From a virus: DNA of 64,000 nucleotides. Numbering within the stretch: position 1 is the first letter of the stretch; the number at the start of each line of letters is the position of its first letter. Below are positions 9,937 to 18,387 of this stretch, piece after piece. The DNA is taken from IMG/VR virus record IMGVR_UViG_3300009128_000003, positions 51,051 to 115,050 of that record; one strand, 5' to 3'. The position numbers and the translations under genes are program-made. The notes beneath the pieces were generated by a model. The model made no database searches, had not been told where the DNA came from, and was given only the letters and a program-made list of their open reading frames with translations.

Positions 9937-10180
9937 ACTTATTTCTTCTATTACGCCTTTCTTTTGCTCGCTGGCGTTTTTGTTCATCGCGAGCTTTCTG
10001 CCTTCGGGCTCTCTCACTCTTCTCTCGCTTCGCTACCGAAGGCTTTGTATATTCTTTGCGATTGCGAATCTCTTCGATAATTCGTGACCGCTTTGTTTTC
10101 TTGATAAACTTTCTTATCATTTTCTCATGGTTGCCGCGGCACTCTTTTGATGTTACTTTAAAGTTAGATTTTTTGCGCAT
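9935..10180 (-). CDS. rpsU: Phage-encoded ribosomal protein bS21
   Basis: 81 aa, very basic; EKMIRKFIKK...IIEEIRNRKEYTKPSVAKR matches the bS21 pattern (aLrrFKr...e.r.r..YeKPs..r). Confidence 0.8.
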   Translation of the reverse strand: MRKKSNFKVTSKECRGNHEKMIRKFIKKTKRSRIIEEIRNRKEYTKPSVAKREKSERARRQKARDEQKRQRAKERRNRRNK

Positions 10181-10187
10181 GATGCTC

Positions 10188-10613
10188 CTACTTCATCGCT
10201 TTCCAGACAGCAGAGGCGCCGCCCACTAAAGAACTAATATCAACGCCAGAATCGGCTGGGGCCCCCAAATCAACGTTGCCGCCGCCCGGACTACTAGCTT
10301 CATACTGGGACATCGGCGCAGTTCCTTCAAACAGATTAACGCCGTTATATGCGTCTTGTCCAATAGCTTCCATCATTTTCTTTCGCTGGGCTGCAAGCTG
10401 CTTGTTCGTTTCGCGAGTCTTTCGGGCGCGAATCTCTGCCTCTGGCTCCTGCGGTGTCTGGGGTCTTTGGACACCTTCAACCACAAGACCTCCTTGCATG
10501 CCTTTCGCTACCTCTGCTACTACATTGGACAAAAGTCCTTCTTCTATTAAAAGCTCGTGAATGCACTCTTTGACCATAGGCTTCATTAGCTCTTTAAGAT
10601 CTTTCTTTTTCAT
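10188..10613 (-). CDS. Hypothetical protein with leader-like N-terminus
   Basis: Start moved to MKKKDLKELMKPMVKECI (ATGA overlap with upstream stop at 10610-10612). Confidence 0.65.
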   Translation of the reverse strand: MKKKDLKELMKPMVKECIHELLIEEGLLSNVVAEVAKGMQGGLVVEGVQRPQTPQEPEAEIRARKTRETNKQLAAQRKKMMEAIGQDAYNGVNLFEGTAPMSQYEASSPGGGNVDLGAPADSGVDISSLVGGASAVWKAMK

Positions 10614-13090
10614 TTTATTCCTGCTAGCGTCTTCCAACGCTCAATTGTTTTGGATTCTTTAAGGGTTTTGCCTTCTTCGTAACCTACAGCCTGTTTCATA
10701 AACGGCTGGGACGATTTTAAACCACCACTTCGTATGCGTTCTTTAGATCTCGCGATGTGGGCAGTACGGCGCTTAGCGGCATTGGCGGCGGACTTGTCGC
10801 GGTCGGCTTGGGTTCGGCGCTGACCCAAATCGACAACTTCGCCTCCCTTTGTCTCGGGAGCCTCTTCTTCCGCTGCCTTCACTCGAACTTTTTGTAACAG
10901 ATCGTTTAACAAGCCTCGGGACTGCTTCTTCTGAAAGACTCTCGCCATTCTTTCCACTTTCCCTGCTTCTACCTTGTCTCGGGTAGCTAAGCGCTCCCAA
11001 GCCTTAAGAATTTGAGTCTTCTTGGCGGTAAGGTAGTTGCTGTCAGCAATCTTCCCCACGGCCGATTGGCGATCTCTTTCTCTAAGAAGCCTTTCGGGAA
11101 GGAATGGTCCAAAGAAATTTAGGAAGGAATTCAAATCGTCTTCAAACTTCATTTTGGAGCCGCGAACTTGCTTGCCCCTGTTGACGTTCTTCCAGCTTCC
11201 TTTTAGCTTGTTGGTATTAAAGTCGTCTGAAAGGTAGTATACTTTGCCTTCTCCGGGGTCCGCCTCTTCTTCGGCTTCGCCTTCTGCGTCTTCTGCGCCT
11301 TCCTCGCCGGGTTCGCCTTCTGCGCCGGCGGGGGCTATATCTTCCGCCCCTTCAGGGGGAGCTTCGCCCGGCGCGGTACCGAGCATTGCGCTGAGATCTC
11401 TGAGGGGTTCAATGTACTTATCGCCTAGTTTTTTCAACTCTTCCATTCCGGGCTTGTCGGCAACCTTGTCATACAGTTCGAGCGCCTTGTTAACACCCTC
11501 TTGTACATCTTCGACCGATGCCTCGATGCCTGCTGCCTCTAGAGCATTTATGATAGCATCCTTGGCACCTTGGGCGCCGCGGACTTTGTCCATAGCTTTA
11601 ACTAGAGGTATTAACTTAAGGACCAATGGTCCAAACTTGCCAGCTTTCGCGGCGATCTTTCCAAAGGGAATGAGGGAAAACAGTGCCAATGCCGCCGATT
11701 TCAAATCCCCTTGTGCTATATTAATGAGAGATTCTGCGATAGACGCCGGTATATTGGCGCCGGGCACCAGTGACAATACGCTAGCCAAACCTTCGACCGC
11801 TTTAACAGCGGGCGTGTTTGCTAAATCTTGAACTTTATCTATAACACTTTCGTCTTCTCCATCCGTATCGGTGGTGCCCTCTGGGTCGATTGCTGGCTCT
11901 TCAACACCGGTACCGATGTCCCAACCGCCTTCGCGCAATTGAGTCTTGCAACAATCATAAATGGCTTGTGCAACTTCTTGGTCGGCAAAGATCTTAAAGA
12001 TGCCAGAAAAGTCAACTGCATGCGACTTAGCCGGCTTTGAGTCACTTCCCTTAACTTTGCGCCCTTTGCGTGGAGATTTTTCAGGGGTAGTTACGCCGGC
12101 GATGTATTCTCGGATAGTGCTGTCTGCATCCATTTGTTTAATGATGCCGGCACTGACGCTTTGCTTGACCATATAGTCACGCAGTTCTTTATACTTCTCC
12201 GGTGCTATTTGATACTCATTCTTTATCGCCGATAAAAAGTATGCTAGTGTGTAGCCGGGATTGCTGGGCTTTGGCTTGAATTTGATTTTGCTACAGTCGC
12301 CGACCACTGCGTCCGGATATTCTTCCACGTCGACGGGGGTCGGCGCCTGAGTCCCATCTTCTGGCTCTTCCTCTTGACCGGGTGTGCCACCCTGCGGTTG
12401 TGGCTGTTGTGGCTCTTGGGGCGCTTGTGGTTCTTGGGGCTTTTGGGGTTCTTGCTGCTTGGGCTTTGATTTTTTAAACCAGTTGGGAAGGTCGTTCCCT
12501 TCTTTGCCGAAGAAGCCGGCACGTGCAAGAATCTTATAGAGATGGTCTTTGGTCTTTTGTGTAGTGAGCGCAGCGTTGAATACTTTAGCAAGATTTGGGT
12601 ATTTATTTACGTCCAACTCGCCGTTGGGACCCAACTTGGGCATCCGGCTAAGAATTACAGATGCCTTGTGAATTGATTGTTCCTCGATTGTATAATTATT
12701 TCCTTGAGGGTTTGTAATAAGGTCTTCAAGTTCGTTATATAATACATCGCGCTTAACTTCTACGTTTAAAATTCGACGGATGTCGTCAATTGCCTTATAA
12801 AGAGCAGCTACGTCGTCGGCGTTATAAGTTTCAGGCTCGTTGCCTGCGCCCTCTTCCTCTCCATCGCCGCCGGCACATTTGTCGCCCGGCTTGCATACCA
12901 GATCGCCTGTATATTGATGCTTGTCATAGCTAAGTCCGTGTTTTCCTCCGGTCTTTCCCCACTTAAGTTTTCCGAAAAACTCATCAAGAGGAACATCTTC
13001 TTTGATCTTAGGTTCGACACTCTCGGCTAAAAAGCCTTTCCATGCGTCGCTGCGCTTTTTAGCGTCTTTAAAACTACTCCAGTCACTCAT
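10610..13090 (-). CDS. Large modular protein, putative internal head protein, with a pre-toxin-TG-like segment
   Basis: N-terminal AWKGFLAE, Q/P/E-rich linkers, LVPG...GD..AAL..IPFGK segment, C-terminal RWKTLAGIK shared with the scaffold. Confidence 0.6.
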   Translation of the reverse strand: MSDWSSFKDAKKRSDAWKGFLAESVEPKIKEDVPLDEFFGKLKWGKTGGKHGLSYDKHQYTGDLVCKPGDKCAGGDGEEEGAGNEPETYNADDVAALYKAIDDIRRILNVEVKRDVLYNELEDLITNPQGNNYTIEEQSIHKASVILSRMPKLGPNGELDVNKYPNLAKVFNAALTTQKTKDHLYKILARAGFFGKEGNDLPNWFKKSKPKQQEPQKPQEPQAPQEPQQPQPQGGTPGQEEEPEDGTQAPTPVDVEEYPDAVVGDCSKIKFKPKPSNPGYTLAYFLSAIKNEYQIAPEKYKELRDYMVKQSVSAGIIKQMDADSTIREYIAGVTTPEKSPRKGRKVKGSDSKPAKSHAVDFSGIFKIFADQEVAQAIYDCCKTQLREGGWDIGTGVEEPAIDPEGTTDTDGEDESVIDKVQDLANTPAVKAVEGLASVLSLVPGANIPASIAESLINIAQGDLKSAALALFSLIPFGKIAAKAGKFGPLVLKLIPLVKAMDKVRGAQGAKDAIINALEAAGIEASVEDVQEGVNKALELYDKVADKPGMEELKKLGDKYIEPLRDLSAMLGTAPGEAPPEGAEDIAPAGAEGEPGEEGAEDAEGEAEEEADPGEGKVYYLSDDFNTNKLKGSWKNVNRGKQVRGSKMKFEDDLNSFLNFFGPFLPERLLRERDRQSAVGKIADSNYLTAKKTQILKAWERLATRDKVEAGKVERMARVFQKKQSRGLLNDLLQKVRVKAAEEEAPETKGGEVVDLGQRRTQADRDKSAANAAKRRTAHIARSKERIRSGGLKSSQPFMKQAVGYEEGKTLKESKTIERWKTLAGIK

Positions 13091-13688
13091 CTTCAAGTAC
13101 CTCGTTTAATAATCTGTTGATGCGGTCCGCTTTGGTGAACACTCTGTTGGTGTATCCTTTAGCTTCTTTCATCATAAAGGCGCCGGGCGTGGAAGGTTCA
13201 GATACAAAATCAAAGCAGATAAGCTGGAAATCGTCTTCAACAACTGTGTTGCCGGCGGATTCCGATACAGAACCCATTCCCCGAGACGAAATGCCGATGC
13301 TTACGCCGGCTTTCACTAGGGAATTTAAGACCTGACCGGACGGAGTATCGAGCACTTTGGCTTTGCCCATCACATTTTTGCCGTCCCACCAAACTTTGGT
13401 CATCATGTGGGACGCGTTCTTAAGGTTGATCACAGAGTCGTCAGGGTGGTCCAACTCTCCCAAAGCTCGGCGCTCGCTAACTAATTTTTCATAGTTCTTT
13501 ATCTCGCGCATGAGGACCTTGTGAGGATAAACTCGACCGTTGCCGTTAACTGTGTCTGCTTTCTGAATAATTCCAGTAAGGTACATGCCGCCATCAGCGA
13601 CATATGCCTTCTCTTCTTCAGTCAGCAAGTCTTGACAAATGCCGCCTTCGCAGAGTTCATAATATTCTCTAAGTAACTTCTGACCCAC
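13083..13688 (-). CDS. gp21: Prohead core protease, T4 gp21-like
   Basis: NGNGRVYP, ALGELDHP, TPSG, GISSRGMGS, FDFVSEPS motifs; probable GTG start at 13688. Confidence 0.93.
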   Translation of the reverse strand: MGQKLLREYYELCEGGICQDLLTEEEKAYVADGGMYLTGIIQKADTVNGNGRVYPHKVLMREIKNYEKLVSERRALGELDHPDDSVINLKNASHMMTKVWWDGKNVMGKAKVLDTPSGQVLNSLVKAGVSIGISSRGMGSVSESAGNTVVEDDFQLICFDFVSEPSTPGAFMMKEAKGYTNRVFTKADRINRLLNEVLEDE

Positions 13689-13690
13689 AG

Positions 13691-13759
13691 TTAGGATCCT
13701 TTGCAGCAACGCCTAACGGGCTGCAGCATCCATTTATTTGTCCAAGTATTTGTGTTCAT
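13691..13759 (-). CDS. Putative 22-aa peptide MNTNTWTNKWMLQPVRRCCKGS
   Basis: Hand-found; GGAG SD 6 nt before the ATG; fills the gap and stops 2 nt before the protease start. Confidence 0.45.
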   Translation of the reverse strand: MNTNTWTNKWMLQPVRRCCKGS

Positions 13760-14057
13760 GTTTAACTCCGTTGTCTCCAAAGACCATGTTTAATATATAG
13801 GATGTTCCCGAAGATAACCATCCAAGAAGGAAGAAATTGAATACGGAAACGTCAAAACTAAATAGTTCTGTGTATGGGGAAAGCAGCATCAAAAGCCATC
13901 CGACGTGAAATCCCATGCACATAGGGCAGTGAAATACCTTGCCATAGCCGCCGGCGGCGTCCTTTGGGGGGCGTAATTTTTGTAAAGCGGGTAGATCGCT
14001 ATATACTAAAATTTGAGTGAGCCCGTAGGCACACAAGACAAATGTCAATAATTCCAT
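13734..14057 (-). CDS. Small membrane protein with CxxC (DUF1360-like)
   Basis: Three hydrophobic segments; FHCPMCMGFHVG. Confidence 0.6.
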   Translation of the reverse strand: MELLTFVLCAYGLTQILVYSDLPALQKLRPPKDAAGGYGKVFHCPMCMGFHVGWLLMLLSPYTELFSFDVSVFNFFLLGWLSSGTSYILNMVFGDNGVKHEHKYLDK

Positions 14058-14072
14058 TTTGTTTCCTAATGT

Positions 14073-15002
14073 TTAAGTTGTAGCAGCAGTGTACTTGCTA
14101 AGGTTTATCTTTTTTCCACCGCCCGTGTAGCGCGAGAATCTCGATAAAGAAGTGCCGAGGGCTTTGATAACCAACTGGACGCCGCCGACTGCAGAGACTG
14201 CTGCATCCCACCATCCCTTGACGCCCGTAGATACTGAAATGAGTTTTTCTACCATTCCAACAAACTGAGTCTTTAAAACATTTAAAAAGGTGCTGTTGAC
14301 TGCGGCTTTGAGCCAAGTCTTAAACTGTTCTGCCATTCCTTCACTCTCATCCGATTCAAGCTTTTTACTCCACGTTCTATAGCCTTCTATAAAATCTTTA
14401 ACCTTTTCCCATATCCACGTAAACCCTATGGATAATCCAGCAGTGGCGATTGCCTTCTTCCATCCTGACAGGGATTTAACCGACTCGATTACTTTATTTA
14501 TAGTGTCTAAGGCTCTTTGTGCGATAGAAGCAAAGTTGGGCATATCCCACGTCGGCAATCTTTGTATTAAATCTTCCAATATGGGCTTTAGACCGGTGCG
14601 CCACTTGTGTCTTAAATTTACTTTCCATATGGCGCCCGTGAAATTGGGAATTAGATCTGGGTTTGTTGCAACTCGATACAGTTGTTTTACGATAGCCCAA
14701 CCTTCTTTGCCAAACTTTTTAATCCCCTCGGCAGCGTCGATAAACTTGCCGGCAACTTTTCCGGCGGCGTCCTTAACCGTTTGGACCGCGTCATCCCAAA
14801 AGGATTCAAACAACATTTGCTCATGCAGAATTTGTTTTTTAAGTTCTTCGCTTAGAGGGGCAATATTGCCCGACTCAGTAAGAGGGAGTACGATCCCAAG
14901 TACGCCCGCAATATATGCTGTGTCTTCAAAAAGCGTTTGGTTCTTATACTCTTGGAGGAGGTAACCTCGCCACCCATTCATAATTAAATGCATTTCTGAC
15001 AT
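14073..15002 (-). CDS. Hypothetical helical protein with W-type leader
   Basis: MHLIMNGWRGYLLQE leader; amphipathic/hydrophobic helices in the C-terminal half. Confidence 0.65.
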   Translation of the reverse strand: MSEMHLIMNGWRGYLLQEYKNQTLFEDTAYIAGVLGIVLPLTESGNIAPLSEELKKQILHEQMLFESFWDDAVQTVKDAAGKVAGKFIDAAEGIKKFGKEGWAIVKQLYRVATNPDLIPNFTGAIWKVNLRHKWRTGLKPILEDLIQRLPTWDMPNFASIAQRALDTINKVIESVKSLSGWKKAIATAGLSIGFTWIWEKVKDFIEGYRTWSKKLESDESEGMAEQFKTWLKAAVNSTFLNVLKTQFVGMVEKLISVSTGVKGWWDAAVSAVGGVQLVIKALGTSLSRFSRYTGGGKKINLSKYTAATT

Positions 15003-15011
15003 TGCTCTCTC

Positions 15012-15551
15012 CTAGATTGTATATAGATAGTTTAAGGAATAGGGATCTCGGGTAAAGCCGGGTCGAATCGAGCCCTTCTCAGTTGATTGAGGTACCTCGC
15101 CTAACTCGGTGGAGTCTGTGTTGTCTGGGTGCGTCAGTTCGTCGTCCGTCATCGAGACAATCGCTTCTGTGGCTTCAAAGTACGGACGTTCTTCGTTAAT
15201 AAAGTTCGAGATATTGATAAGTGTGAACTTAGCCGCATTCAGGCTCTCTTTAAACGGCTCTTCCATTGTCGCCTCAAACGAGCCGTAAAAGGCTCCGGCT
15301 TGAATTGACTCTGGGATCACTAGTCCCTTTTTGCGCAAGTGGGCAAATAGACGATTTTGTGCACCATATACCATATCATTCATCGTCTCTTTGGGAAATG
15401 CTACAATTTTATTTTTAGAGGGAGACAACACAATGTCGATATCTCCATGATCAAAAATCATGAGATCTCCGTTGAGACTCTTTCGCAAATCCATTTCCAA
15501 TCGGACGACTGCCGACTGGTGTCCTCTTCCGATCTTAATCGTCAGCGCCAT
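15012..15551 (-). CDS. Hypothetical head-module protein
   Basis: Overlaps upstream gene end, SD present, lies between portal and protease. Confidence 0.65.
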   Translation of the reverse strand: MALTIKIGRGHQSAVVRLEMDLRKSLNGDLMIFDHGDIDIVLSPSKNKIVAFPKETMNDMVYGAQNRLFAHLRKKGLVIPESIQAGAFYGSFEATMEEPFKESLNAAKFTLINISNFINEERPYFEATEAIVSMTDDELTHPDNTDSTELGEVPQSTEKGSIRPGFTRDPYSLNYLYTI

Positions 15552-16368
15552 CGTTATAGATCTCCCCTACTAATTCTTGTGCTTTAAGCACGGTGAACAA
15601 CACTGCATCAGAGGGAGGCTCTTGCGCAAACTTGTTCAGCTTTTCGACTACTTGATTAGCCTTCTGTACCATTACTTCGTCATCTTTAAAGCACTCGGTC
15701 GCGGAGGCGCCCTCTAATTCTTGCTTAAGCCGCGCAATCTCTTCGTTAAGATACATTTTAAGCGCAAGAGAATTATCAACAAAAGACGAGATATAGGTGC
15801 TTAAAAGCTGCTGTTGCTCTTCGCGGAGACTCTCTCCGTACTTGTCATTAAACTTTGTGACAAACGTATTAAGGAGTAATTTATCAACTGGTTCGGGCTC
15901 TGTGTTGTCTGGTGCTGCCTGTGTCATGTTGGTGACGATTTCGTTTTCGAGCATGATTACACTCTTCGGATCAGTTTTGATATTAAAAATCTGATCGATG
16001 GTAGCTAAAGTTTTGTAATTGGGAACAAAATTGTTAAAGACCTTGGTGTCAATTTCTTTATTGACGTCATGAATCATTGCACTCTGAGCAGCGAAGAGTC
16101 CTGCAGGGTTTACAAGCATCTTTTGCATTTTGGCTTCGCGCAGGATCTTCTCGGATGTTTCTTTGGTTAGGTTTTGGTTCTCATATAATGAGCGGTAACA
16201 CTCTAAATCTTTTCTCAGAATGGTCTTGGCTCCAAAATGTTTCTTAATCACATTAACAACGCTCTGCTTTCGCTCGGCGTCTCCTTTGATTATCGACAAT
16301 GTAGCTTCTTTGATTAAGGCTTCATAAACAAAAGCGGTGTTTCTTTTTTTATTATGTTTTGTCTTCAT
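15535..16368 (-). CDS. Hypothetical head-module protein downstream of portal
   Basis: KHNKKRNTAFVYEAL and NYKTLATI motifs, helical; overlaps portal end. Confidence 0.65.
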   Translation of the reverse strand: MKTKHNKKRNTAFVYEALIKEATLSIIKGDAERKQSVVNVIKKHFGAKTILRKDLECYRSLYENQNLTKETSEKILREAKMQKMLVNPAGLFAAQSAMIHDVNKEIDTKVFNNFVPNYKTLATIDQIFNIKTDPKSVIMLENEIVTNMTQAAPDNTEPEPVDKLLLNTFVTKFNDKYGESLREEQQQLLSTYISSFVDNSLALKMYLNEEIARLKQELEGASATECFKDDEVMVQKANQVVEKLNKFAQEPPSDAVLFTVLKAQELVGEIYNDGADD

Positions 16369-18379
16369 CTTTCTTCTGCTCCGTTAATAATTTTTTATTT
16401 TCTAAATCTTGGATCAATACCCTAAGAGAATCATTGATGTTAAACAACTTATCTTCTTCGGTTTGTTCTCTCAAGTTATAAATAGACTGTTCTTGCTCGT
16501 AAATCCCTGCTGCTGCGCTGGGGATCTTGTTGATCTCCGCGCCGGGGAAAACGTTTCGCAGTGTGGCGCTGGCTTTTTCTCTAGAATATTTAGCGGCATT
16601 TGAGCGTTTTCGGGCTCCAGCCTTTCGCTGATCGATAGTGGTGGGGTGATATACTTTCCCCTTTGCGCCCGGAGTAAGACGGGGCTCATTTCGCGATCCC
16701 GGGGGAACTGCGAGAAGTGGAGACTCTTCTCCTCCGCCCTCGGCGCCTCCACCAGCATCACCTGCCGGCATCTCTTCCGGACCGCCCAGATCACCGCCCA
16801 GATCGTCTCCGCCTCCAAGATCATCTCCCCCGAGGTCACCGCCACCGAGGTCACCACCAAGTCCTCCGCCGAGTCCTCCGCCGAGTCCTCCGCCGCCTGC
16901 TGCGGCTTCGCCGCCTTCGGCAACAGCTTGGAGTGCTGCATCGTGCTTACGGTCGTAATACATTTCTTTCTGGTTTCGCGCGAATTCTTCGTGAGACAAG
17001 CCAAAGATGTTATCAGCAACCCAACGACGAGAGAAGTAACCCTCGGTGGCTGCGCCGGCAATATCAAACTTAGCTTTCCAGTGTTCCACTTCTTGAAGCT
17101 CTGCAATCTTGGACGGATTGTTGAGTGCCAATTTGAAGCTTAACAGGTCGTCGCCGCGGAATCCTAAAGTATAAAGATGAATAATAGATATCTTTTCTAG
17201 TTCAGCGATAATAACGCGCTGAAGCCTCTGGACTGTGCGTGCAAATCGAATGTCTTTCTGTGCGAGTGTGGTCTTATCTTCTGCTGCTCCTTCGCCCATG
17301 GCAAGATATGCTTGGGGAATCTTTAACGCAGAGAACAGTTTATCGCGCAGATACTTAATATCGTCAATCTGTGTAATATTCTGTGCGCCGGCTAAACTTT
17401 GAATGTCAGTGACAGAGCCAGCGCGCACTGGAATAAAGTAATCTTCTTCGATGCTCATCGGATTATAACGAAGGTCCACTCTACCTGTGCTAGGATCTAC
17501 TACCGAATGGCGCTTGAGTTGTGTTACAATCTTTTGCATATACTGCTCGACATCTTGTGGGGGGATCGAGCCTACGTCGATCTTGAACACTCGGCGCTCG
17601 GAAGACCGAACAACACGATACGCCATCATCGCATCTTCCATAAGCGTCAGTTGGCGCCAGATGCGGCGGGCAGGCTCAAGGATAGAGGTGCCGTACGGGA
17701 TGTACTTGTCGTTTCCGAGAATACGGAAATGGCAAACCTGCCAATTTTCAAACGTCATTCCGGCAGAGTTCCACTGATATTGCACATAGTTGGGGTTCGT
17801 GGAGTCTTCTCCTTCCAAGCGTTCGATTTCTGGGGAAGGGAGTGCAATAACTGATTTGATGCCGTACTTCTCATCAATGTCGAGATAGAGAAAGAAGTCT
17901 CCATACTTACACATTGTCCGTGCCCAGCCAAAAAGATTGTATTGAAGGCTAAGAATGTTGTCAAAAAGAATTGCTAAGACTGCTTTGATTTCTTCATTCG
18001 GACACTTGATACTAAGCATCGGTCGCAAGTCTGAGTAGGTGGTCATCTCATCGGCATAGATATCCATGGAGGACGCGATTTCTGGCATATACTCCATCTG
18101 ATCAAAATCGATGTATCTCTCGGAGCGGCGCTGATTTGCAATTGCATTGGTGGCAATTGTATCAAGAGGATTGTATAAGGCTTTCTTAAACTGTTGACCG
18201 GATGCAGACTTGAACCGTGCAGCATATTTGTCCATATGCTGCCGCCGGATCTTGCGACCGGATTGAGACCGATAATTAACGATTGGTCCCGAGAACAATC
18301 TCGTCAGCGCTTTAAAGAGATTTGAGTCTTCGTTCGCTGGGTTTTTGCCTCTTGATTTATTTCTATTGTTGTTTGCCAT
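16352..18379 (-). CDS. gp20: Portal vertex protein, T4 gp20-like
   Basis: YGTSILEPARR, MEDAMMAYRVVR, ERRVFKIDVG, EEDYFIP, DDIKYLRDKLFSALKIP, DIRFARTV. Confidence 0.93.
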   Translation of the reverse strand: MANNNRNKSRGKNPANEDSNLFKALTRLFSGPIVNYRSQSGRKIRRQHMDKYAARFKSASGQQFKKALYNPLDTIATNAIANQRRSERYIDFDQMEYMPEIASSMDIYADEMTTYSDLRPMLSIKCPNEEIKAVLAILFDNILSLQYNLFGWARTMCKYGDFFLYLDIDEKYGIKSVIALPSPEIERLEGEDSTNPNYVQYQWNSAGMTFENWQVCHFRILGNDKYIPYGTSILEPARRIWRQLTLMEDAMMAYRVVRSSERRVFKIDVGSIPPQDVEQYMQKIVTQLKRHSVVDPSTGRVDLRYNPMSIEEDYFIPVRAGSVTDIQSLAGAQNITQIDDIKYLRDKLFSALKIPQAYLAMGEGAAEDKTTLAQKDIRFARTVQRLQRVIIAELEKISIIHLYTLGFRGDDLLSFKLALNNPSKIAELQEVEHWKAKFDIAGAATEGYFSRRWVADNIFGLSHEEFARNQKEMYYDRKHDAALQAVAEGGEAAAGGGGLGGGLGGGLGGDLGGGDLGGDDLGGGDDLGGDLGGPEEMPAGDAGGGAEGGGEESPLLAVPPGSRNEPRLTPGAKGKVYHPTTIDQRKAGARKRSNAAKYSREKASATLRNVFPGAEINKIPSAAAGIYEQEQSIYNLREQTEEDKLFNINDSLRVLIQDLENKKLLTEQKKDEDKT
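16860..16895. repeat. 3 x 12-bp tandem repeat in the Gly-rich portal tail
   Basis: agtcctccgccg three times, encoding (GGGL)3, within a longer degenerate GGD(D)L run. Confidence 0.85.
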
Positions 18380-18387
18380 TTATCGCC

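Noticed and set aside
9935-10180. Idea that bS21 unlocks a sequestered anti-SD in a Bacteroidota host to favour late mRNAs
   Set aside because: Promoters are canonical TTGACA/TATAAT type rather than Bacteroidota type, and early-type genes also carry SD sites
12395-12465. QEPQKPQEPQAPQEPQQPQ short repeats
   Set aside because: Ordinary low-complexity linker in a coding region
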